From Hyphomicrobiaceae bacterium (GTDB lineage: Bacteria; Pseudomonadota; Alphaproteobacteria; Rhizobiales; Hyphomicrobiaceae): a stretch of DNA of 32,000 bases. Under the pieces are notes generated by a model. That model was not told where the DNA came from, ran no database searches, and saw only the letters and a program-made list of their open reading frames with translations. The translations under genes and the position numbers were made by a program. The DNA lies in assembly GCA_036558085.1 (NCBI GenBank), contig DATBGH010000030.1:146512-178511 (forward strand). Reading direction: 5' to 3'. Below, piece by piece: positions 8,966 through 15,558 of this stretch (its first letter is position 1; every line of letters begins with the position of its first letter).

Positions 8966-10372
8966 ATGTCGCACCGTTTGACAAATCTGGATCGCCAGAG
9001 CTTGCGCGGCTTTCTGCAACTGGTGGAACGAGAATTTCCAGACGAGATCCTCCGCATCCGCGAGCCCGTTCGCACACACCTCGACATTACCTCGATTGTC
9101 TTTGAGCTCGAACGCGCCGGCAAAAGTCCCGTCATTGTCTATGAGAACGTCGAAGGGAGCTCGATGCCGATCGTGACCAACATCGCTGGAAACCGCAAAC
9201 TACTTGCGGCCTGCCTTGGTGTTTGCGTAGCCGATCTGCCGACCGCCTTTCGCGAACGCTGCCAACGCTTCATTCCTTGTGAAACGGTCAGCAGTGCTCC
9301 CTGGCAGGAAGTGACATTGGAAGGCGATGAAATCGATCTAACGGCGCTGCCCATTCCGCAGCATTTTGCCATCGACGCCGCGCCCTATATTACGGCCGGG
9401 CAGCTCGCCGCTCGCGACCCCGTTAGCGGCGTGGACACTACCGGCTTCCATCGTCTGATGCTTAAGGGCAAGAACAGGCTTGGGGTATCGCTGCATTCCA
9501 GGCGGCGCATGTGGGAATTCCATCGCCGGGCCGAGGAGCGCGGGCAAAGTCTACCTGTGGCCGTCACGCTCGGGATTCACCCGCTCCACTACATGGGTTC
9601 GATGGTTTATGCCTACCCACCTCAGGTACGAAAGTATGAGATAATTGGCGGACTTTTCGGCGAACCCTATATGCTCGCCAAGTGCGGTGTGCAGGACCTT
9701 GAGGTTCCCGTCGGCGCAGAAATCATCATCGAGGGTGAAATTCTGCCGCACGTAAAGGAGCCGGAGGGACCGTTCAGCGAATTCACTGGCTACGCCTCCT
9801 ATCGCAGCACCCAAAATGTATTTGTTGCACATCGCATCCGCATGCGGCGCGATGCCATGTATCATTCGGTCGCGTCAGGTATGTCCAAGGACCACATTCT
9901 CGTCTCCTGCATCACGCGGGAAGGAGAGATCCTCAACAGCTTGAAGCGCAACCTCCCAAACGTGATAGGCGTGCACGTACCCCACACGACCTGCGGTGCC
10001 TTCATGGCGTTCATTAAGATCAAGAAGACAGCGCAGGGCGAACCGCAGCAGGCAATTCTCGCAGCGCTCGGTACTGAATTCTACACCAAGCACGTTATCG
10101 TGGTTGACGAGGACATCGATATATTCGATTTGAACGACGTGATGTGGGCAGTTGCCACACGCGTGCGGCCGGAGACTGACATCTTCTTCATCCCTGGATG
10201 CAAGGGCGCCATTCTCGATCCCACCTCCGACCCCGAAACATTCACGCTCACCAAGATGGGCATCGATGCCACACGGCCTCAGGGCAAGGACTTTGCCGAA
10301 CGCCTGATCATCGGCGAGGAGCAGCGCCAGCGGACACGCGAGATCTTGCGGAAATCGGGAGTGGCTCTGTGA
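8966..10372 (+). CDS. UbiD-family (prFMN-dependent) decarboxylase
   Basis: Track ORF 8600..10372 trimmed to ATG 8966, with GAGG 5 nt upstream. 468 aa: MSHRLTNLDRQSLRGFLQLVEREFPDEILRIREPV...PIVTNIAGNRKLLAACLG...EGPFSEFTGYAS...IVVDEDIDIFDLNDVMWAVATR. This matches the UbiD/VdcC-type layout and length. Confidence 0.85.
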   Translation: MSHRLTNLDRQSLRGFLQLVEREFPDEILRIREPVRTHLDITSIVFELERAGKSPVIVYENVEGSSMPIVTNIAGNRKLLAACLGVCVADLPTAFRERCQRFIPCETVSSAPWQEVTLEGDEIDLTALPIPQHFAIDAAPYITAGQLAARDPVSGVDTTGFHRLMLKGKNRLGVSLHSRRRMWEFHRRAEERGQSLPVAVTLGIHPLHYMGSMVYAYPPQVRKYEIIGGLFGEPYMLAKCGVQDLEVPVGAEIIIEGEILPHVKEPEGPFSEFTGYASYRSTQNVFVAHRIRMRRDAMYHSVASGMSKDHILVSCITREGEILNSLKRNLPNVIGVHVPHTTCGAFMAFIKIKKTAQGEPQQAILAALGTEFYTKHVIVVDEDIDIFDLNDVMWAVATRVRPETDIFFIPGCKGAILDPTSDPETFTLTKMGIDATRPQGKDFAERLIIGEEQRQRTREILRKSGVAL

Positions 10373-10414
10373 GCGCAGACGCTCAGGCGAGGTGGCGAGA
10401 CCGACCGGTTGGGT

Positions 10415-10436
10415 GCGACGCGGGATGCTGCGTCGC
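10415..10436. terminator. Possible bidirectional hairpin between the convergent UbiD and LLM genes
   Basis: GCGACGC-N8-GCGTCGC (7-bp stem). No clear U-tract on either strand, so the call is weak. Confidence 0.25.
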
Positions 10437-10519
10437 TCAGGTGCTGCAACCCAGCCGGCGCGTTGACGCTCGTTCCCGGCATTGTGGCCGCATGGCCCGC
10501 ACCTCCCCAACGACTTCGG

Positions 10520-11851
10520 TTAGCGCGCGCTCGAGAAAAAGCGGTTGGCGGGACGCGGTAGACCGAGAGTGTCTCGCAACGTTGACCCCGGATACTCGCG
10601 CCGGAACAGCCCGCGACGCTGCAATTCCGGCACGACGCGTTCAACGAAATCTTCGAGCCCCTGGGGAACGTAGGGAAACATGACGTTGAACCCATCGCTC
10701 GCCCGTTCAAGGAGCCATTGCTCCATCTCGTCAGCGATGGTGGCGGGCGTGCCGACAAACGCTAGCCCGCCATACCCGCCCAGCCGCTGCGCAAGTTGCC
10801 GGACGTTCAACCTCTCTCGTCTGGCCAGCTCGATCACCCGCTCCCGCCCGCTCTTGCTTGCATTCGTCTCGGGGATCTGGGGCAGCGGGCCATCGGGATC
10901 GAAACCTGAGGCATCCTGACCCAGCGCGATCGAGAGTGAGGCGATGGCGCTGTCATAGTGCACAAGGCTGTCGAGCCGCGCCCTTTTCGCACGCGCTTCC
11001 TCCACCGTCTCGGCCACAATCACCAGCGCCCCAGGCAAAATTTTGAGATGATCCGGATTACGTCCCGACCGCTCCGCGCGGCCCTTGATATCGGCATAGA
11101 GCCGTTGGGCTCCAACGAAATTGGATCCAGCGGCAAACACTAGCTCGGCGGTTTCTGCCGCAAGCTGCCTCCCCGCGTCCGATGCCCCGGCCTGCACAAT
11201 CACGGGCCAGCCTTGGACGGGTCTGGCAATGTTGAGCGGCCCGCGTACCGACAAATACTTCCCCTTATGATTGAGCGCGTGCAGCTTGTCTGGATCAAAA
11301 AAGCTGCCACTCTCGACGTCGCGGAGGAAGGCATCGTCTGCCCAACTGTCCCATAAGCCCGTTACAACGTCGTAGAACTCGCGCGCACGAGCATAACGCT
11401 CACCATGCTCCATGTGATCCTCAAGACCAAAATTCAAGGCCGCGTCCGGGTTGGACGTCGTGACGATGTTCCAACCCGCACGCCCGCCGCTGATATGGTC
11501 GAGTGAGGCGAACCTGCGCGCGATATGGTAAGGCGCGTCGAAGGTCGTTGACGCCGTGGCAATAAGGCCGATGCGCTCGGTGACGACGGCCAGCGCTGAA
11601 AGCAACGTGAATGGCTCGAACGACGTTACGGTATGGCTGCGCTTCAGCGCTTCGATCGGCATGTTGAGGAGGGCCAGATGGTCAGCCATGAAGAAGGCAT
11701 CGAACTTGCCGCGTTCCAGCGTCTGCACCATTCGCTTCAGGTGGCCTAGATTGAAGTTGGCGTCCGGGAATGCGCCCGGATAGCGCCAAGCTCCGGTATG
11801 AATGCTGACGGGCCGCATGAATGCCCCAAGATGCAACTGCCGTGGGCTCAT
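10520..11851 (-). CDS. LLM-class flavin-dependent monooxygenase (NtaA/SnaA/DszA-type)
   Basis: 443 aa. MSPRQLHLGAFMRPVSIHTGAWRYPGAFPDANFNLGHLKRMVQTLERGKFDAFFMADHLA is the typical N-terminus of nitrilotriacetate-monooxygenase-component-A-like proteins. AGGAAGGG SD. Confidence 0.85.
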   Translation of the reverse strand: MSPRQLHLGAFMRPVSIHTGAWRYPGAFPDANFNLGHLKRMVQTLERGKFDAFFMADHLALLNMPIEALKRSHTVTSFEPFTLLSALAVVTERIGLIATASTTFDAPYHIARRFASLDHISGGRAGWNIVTTSNPDAALNFGLEDHMEHGERYARAREFYDVVTGLWDSWADDAFLRDVESGSFFDPDKLHALNHKGKYLSVRGPLNIARPVQGWPVIVQAGASDAGRQLAAETAELVFAAGSNFVGAQRLYADIKGRAERSGRNPDHLKILPGALVIVAETVEEARAKRARLDSLVHYDSAIASLSIALGQDASGFDPDGPLPQIPETNASKSGRERVIELARRERLNVRQLAQRLGGYGGLAFVGTPATIADEMEQWLLERASDGFNVMFPYVPQGLEDFVERVVPELQRRGLFRREYPGSTLRDTLGLPRPANRFFSSAR

Positions 11852-12207
11852 TTTGCCCTTCCTGTCGTCTCAACCGAGCGCGACGCTCCGCGCTCAAGAG
11901 TGAGCCATCACCTCGCAAATGGCTCCTCGCGACTGGCCCATGCTGGTCGGCGCGACCCTGCATGAGGTGGGGGGAGCCGCACCATTAGATCCGAGCACGT
12001 CGCCCGGACCGCCGAGGATGCTACACGTTGCCCGCACACATCGACATGAGATTTCCTCGCCATCTTGATGAAAACTTCTCGGTTGCGTACCGAGACGCCT
12101 TTCCTATTTGTGTGGGTGGAGCATCACTCAGCCATAGCCTGCGATACGGGACCTTAGCAGGCAGCACCGTGGGTTGGCTCGATTGGTGCCAGATGAACCC
12201 GCCGGTG

Positions 12208-12261
12208 CCACACACCTTACGTGATCCACACAACTTACATGATCCACACAACTTACATGAT
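12208..12261 (+). repeat. 18-bp tandem direct repeat x3 (CCACACAACTTACATGAT), ending 19 nt before the CmcJ-like start codon
   Basis: Copies at 12208-12225 (16/18 match), 12226-12243 and 12244-12261 (identical to each other). The unit is 6 codons and in frame with the downstream CDS (MIHTTY MIHTTY in the track ORF). Confidence 0.9.
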
Positions 12262-12280
12262 AGAGAGCGCGAGGAGCCTA

Positions 12281-13126
12281 ATGAACATGCACAGCGTACA
12301 CAGCGACCTTCTGCGAGGAGTTAAGTCAGAGCTTAACTACCTCGCACCCACGCGTGCGAGGCCGCGCACCTATACCTATGATCCGCCCGCCGGAGCGGTG
12401 CGCACGACGGTGGTGAACGATCCACAACCCCTCGTCATCCGTGACGCACGTCCCCTTCTGTCGCAGCTATCGCTGGACGAGGAAGGTTTCGCTCTCGTCC
12501 AGCACAAAAGCGCAATTCGCGATTTCTATGATGACGAGGAGGTGAAGGAGATTTATTACCCGGAGGCCGTGCAGCTCTTAAAGGGCCTTACCGGCGCCGA
12601 TCGCGTTCACATCTTTGACCACACCGTGCGCCGGCGCGTGCCGGGCAGCGACGATCGGCGTGCCAACGCACCGCGCCAGCCCGTCCCGCGCGTGCACGTC
12701 GATCACACTGTCAGATCAGGGCCGCAGCGCGTGCGCGATCTGCTGACCGAAGAGGCAGACCAATTGCTGCGCGGTCGCGTGCAGATCATCAACCTGTGGC
12801 GGCCAATCCGTGGACCACTGCGCGACACCCCGCTCGCTGTCTGTGACGCACGGACCGTCAAGCCGGAACACCTGGTCGCAACCGATCTCGTCTATCCCAA
12901 CCGCGTCGGCGAGATCTATTCCGTCACCTTCGATCCGGGGCATCGCTGGTTCTACGTGCCCGACATGAACGTCGAGGACGTGCTGCTGCTGAAGTGCTAC
13001 GACTCGCAGACGGATGGGCGCGCCCGCTTCACACCCCACACTGCATTTACCGACCCGAGCACGCCACCGGATGCGCTCCCACGCGAAAGCATCGAGCTCA
13101 GAACCCTGGTGTTTCACTCAAATTGA
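12281..13126 (+). CDS. CmcJ/NvfI-family (AsaB-like) putative oxygenase
   Basis: Track ORF 12221..13126 trimmed to ATG 12281, with GAGGAG 4 nt upstream. The N-terminal ELNYLAP motif, the ...VHIFDHTVRR... and PRVHVDHT segments and a length of about 280 aa fit this family as I remember it. Confidence 0.7.
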   Translation: MNMHSVHSDLLRGVKSELNYLAPTRARPRTYTYDPPAGAVRTTVVNDPQPLVIRDARPLLSQLSLDEEGFALVQHKSAIRDFYDDEEVKEIYYPEAVQLLKGLTGADRVHIFDHTVRRRVPGSDDRRANAPRQPVPRVHVDHTVRSGPQRVRDLLTEEADQLLRGRVQIINLWRPIRGPLRDTPLAVCDARTVKPEHLVATDLVYPNRVGEIYSVTFDPGHRWFYVPDMNVEDVLLLKCYDSQTDGRARFTPHTAFTDPSTPPDALPRESIELRTLVFHSN

Positions 13127-13450
13127 GCGCTGACCGGGAGGCACATGAGATGCGTTAGGGCGCAGATCCGGCGTCCCGGGGTTGGTCTGAACGCTGCAAC
13201 GATGCCTCGCGAGGGCTCACTGCAAGGAACTCGCGTTAGGGTGTCCAGCCACATCCGCGTGCGACCACATGGAAACGATGCGGCCATAACAGCGCACGCT
13301 GCTGCATGTGTTCCAGCAGCTGCGCCGCTCGTTCGTGATCAGCCCTGCGAGAATGCCGATCGCGCTCGGGTCCGCGCTAATGGGGCGTGGGGCATGGTAT
13401 GACAAGATCGCGCTTCTTGTGGGCCGTCGCGACGTCCTTGCCTGCACAGA

Positions 13451-13975
13451 TCAGGGCGATGCCAGCCGCTTCACCATGTGCACTTCGGTGAGCCCGGGTG
13501 TGTGGGTGAGGGGCCTTGCGCCACCGGTCGCTGCAAAACCAAGCTGGCGATAAAGGCTGAGGGCCGGAGCATTGGTGGACACCACCCACAGATGGAGCCA
13601 CTCGTATCCACGCGACGCTGCCCACCCGCCGACGCCCTCGATGAGGGCTTTGCCCACTCCCAACCGGCGCGCGCTCCGATCCACGAACATGCCCACGAGC
13701 ACGGGACCCATTGGCACCGATTGCTGCGGCGTGTCCGCGAGCCCGCTTGCCATGCCTAGCCAGTCCCCGGCGCGCTCCGCCACGAAGATCACGCGCTCGA
13801 TCGCGGCAGCTCCCTCGGTTGCGCGTTGATGCCAGACCTCCTCGGCGTAGGCCTCTTCACGCGCCAATGTAGAACCAAACGCGGTTGGCGCATCGGCGAG
13901 AGCATGGAGACGCAAGCCCCGCAGGCGGAGCCCTTCGCCGACGTCAATGCGTCGAACTCTCCAATCGGCGGTCAC
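13451..13975 (-). CDS. GNAT-family N-acetyltransferase
   Basis: Track ORF 13451..14068 (GTG start) trimmed to the GTG at complement 13973-13975. Acetyl-CoA-binding motif MFVDRSARRLGVGKALIEGV, then C-terminal LWVVSTNAPALSLYRQLGF. The start is uncertain. Confidence 0.7.
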   Translation of the reverse strand: MTADWRVRRIDVGEGLRLRGLRLHALADAPTAFGSTLAREEAYAEEVWHQRATEGAAAIERVIFVAERAGDWLGMASGLADTPQQSVPMGPVLVGMFVDRSARRLGVGKALIEGVGGWAASRGYEWLHLWVVSTNAPALSLYRQLGFAATGGARPLTHTPGLTEVHMVKRLASP

Positions 13976-14012
13976 GCGGATGCCTTTCTTGCGGATCCCT
14001 TCCTTGCGGATC
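13976..14012 (-). repeat. 15-bp tandem repeat (~2.4 copies; GCGGAT at 13976, 13991, 14006) abutting the GNAT start
   Basis: Plus strand: CCTTTCTTGCGGATC / CCTTCCTTGCGGATC (14/15 identical). On the minus strand it reads IRKEG-IRKKG-IR in the GNAT frame and carries AAGGAAGGG / AAGAAAGG SD-like purine runs. Confidence 0.8.
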
Positions 14013-14511
14013 TGCCCGCCGCGGGAGGTGGTACCCACTGTCCCGGCGAGCCCACGCGCCAGGGCCACTTCTGTTACGCCAGCAGGAGCCGCACGCTATC
14101 CTAATTGCGTCGTCTGTCGCAGACCACACACCTTCCAGCAAGTGGCATCCCATACTGGCCCAGCCGCGTACCGCACCGCCCGCGCTCGGGGGCGCTCTCG
14201 CAGTGCGGTGTCGCCAGCGCGTGGCACGTCCGCAAGGCAGCTGATGCGCTGCATCCTCAGCCTGCGCGTTGGCGCTCTAGCCCTTGCTTGGAGACGAGCT
14301 TGGATCAGGGCGAATGCCGGAACCTCCGCAGATAACGGCCGTTTTGGAAGAACCAGTCGTCAGCAGGCAGCCATAATGCCGCGATCCATGCACCACAGAG
14401 CCGACGCGTTGCGCTGTTCCTGGCCGACCTTTGAGCCCCGGCATGGGCCCGGTGTGCGAGCAGCGAGCCCTTGTCGCTTGCGTGCCACTTGCCCCTGTGG
14501 ACGTCCGCTGC

Positions 14512-14748
14512 ATGAAGCAAAAAAGCGAAAGTGCAAAGATGGTACAAGAGGACAGCACGGCAATGACAGCACACGAACTGAAAGGCAAGGTCGACGAGGT
14601 TCGTTCTTGCATCGTTGCAACGTTGGCGGAGTTGGAAGGGGAGCCGGAGTGGGGTGATTTAGATGCGCGTGAGGGGCTCAGCGATGCGCTCAACGAACTC
14701 TCCCTACAGATTGAAAATCTGCGCGAAGTGCTCGCGGAGAAGGAGTAG
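14512..14748 (+). CDS. Hypothetical small acidic helical protein (61-78 aa depending on start)
   Basis: The only protein-like translation in 14.07-15.4 kb: ...MTAHELKGKVDEVRSCIVATLAELEGEPEWGDLDAREGLSDALNELSLQIENLREVLAEKE. Candidate starts are at 14512, 14539 and 14563 (AAGAGGA 12 nt upstream of the last). Third-position GC is atypically low. No family recognised. Confidence 0.3.
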   Translation: MKQKSESAKMVQEDSTAMTAHELKGKVDEVRSCIVATLAELEGEPEWGDLDAREGLSDALNELSLQIENLREVLAEKE

Positions 14749-14842
14749 CGGGACCACCCTGGTTGGGCTCACAGCTCGCCGACCTATCAAGGTGTTTGGT
14801 GCCCTCCCCGCTCAGCGCAGGCACGCCCCTCGATCCCCGACC

Positions 14843-14861
14843 GAGTGACATGTTTTCACTC
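14843..14861. promoter_or_regulatory. Inverted repeat GAGTGA-N7-TCACTC in the gene-poor region
   Basis: Read directly from sequence and followed by AAAATATTG. There is no adjacent gene to assign it to. Confidence 0.2.
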
Positions 14862-15000
14862 AAAATATTGCACGCACACAACGCCGACGCGCCGCGAGAC
14901 CCCGTGAGCTGCCATATCGGTCAAAGGAGCAGGGCTCCAGATTGGCCCTGCCATGGTTCTGCGCTCAGCCGAGCGGTTGGGCACGCGGCTCGATGACCAT

Positions 15001-15030
15001 CATTGTTCTGAGTTGTTCTGGGTTGTTCTG
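15001..15030. repeat. 10-bp tandem repeat x3 with core TTGTTCTG
   Basis: cattgttctg / agttgttctg / ggttgttctg. Cores are at 15003-15010, 15013-15020 and 15023-15030. Confidence 0.9.
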
Positions 15031-15404
15031 GGGCCCCAATCGCCAGCGGCCATTCCTCATCCGCTGTCTCGCGAGGCTAGGCTCAAGATGCTCACGCGAT
15101 CTCAACCCACGGTGGCGGGCGTGTCATCGGAGACGCCCAATTCGGGGCCGTAGGCAACGAGGTCGTTCAGGCTTGGTCACGGCCGGATCGTGGATGGCAC
15201 GCTTGGTGTGCATAGCGGCATAACTGTGGCCCGCCGGCCAGATTCCCGGAGATACCTGGGACGTCGCCTTCGTGGAGGCTCCCATTCCGCGTGTCCGCAG
15301 GGCCTGTGGTCTCATCACGATGAGGGATTGGGGCCTCGGCAAGACGTGGCGGCGTCAGCTCCCGGTCTCCACGAGCGCCCGGCAACGAGGTCATCTGCCG
15401 TGAC

Positions 15405-15439
15405 CAAGAAAATGGCGCCTCGACGGGGGACGAGGCGCC
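15405..15439 (-). terminator. Rho-independent terminator downstream of the cckA-like gene
   Basis: Minus strand GGCGCCUCG-UCCCCCGU-CGAGGCGCC (9-bp perfect stem) followed by AUUUUCUU, about 120 nt after the TAA stop. Confidence 0.65.
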
Positions 15440-15500
15440 AATGAGGTGCGGGGGGGGAGGGCCAGCGCACCAGTTGCCGTCGGGGGGGGACCGAACGGTG
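15405..15500 (-). ncRNA. Candidate C-rich-loop sRNA or structured 3'UTR element
   Basis: Two C8 runs (G8 on the plus strand at 15450-15457 and 15482-15489). Hairpin 15445-15471 (GGUGCG/CGCACC) has the loop CUGGCCCUCCCCCCC. The terminator loop is UCCCCCGU. No promoter was identified. Confidence 0.3.
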
Positions 15501-15558
15501 AGGCGCAGATTGCCCAAGGCTTCTCTCCGCGTCTGTTCCACAGGGAACAGGGAACCCT

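Noticed and set aside
13112-13122. 11-mer TTTCACTCAAA shared between the 3' end of the CmcJ-like gene and 14854-14864
   Set aside because: Many identical 11-mer pairs are expected by chance in 32 kb, and there is no extended similarity around them.
13947-14657. 236-aa plus-strand ORF spanning the gene-poor stretch
   Set aside because: The translation is extremely Arg-rich (..RTARARGRSRSAVSPARGTSARQ..) with no domain-like segment. It is probably a chance open frame in GC-rich DNA.
15001-15030. Interpretation of the GTTC repeats as an alphaproteobacterial LexA (SOS) box
   Set aside because: The LexA consensus is GTTC-N7-GTTC, and here the spacing is N6 in both intervals. No SOS-type gene is adjacent. 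I kept it as an unexplained repeat rather than a LexA site.
15441-15495. Plus-strand G-quadruplex reading of the twin G8 tracts (GGGGGGGGAGGG...GGGGGGGG)
   Set aside because: A G4 is formally possible in DNA. However, the transcribed strand here is the C-rich one, and the tracts fall in hairpin loops next to a clear terminator, so the RNA interpretation explains more. It is not excluded.
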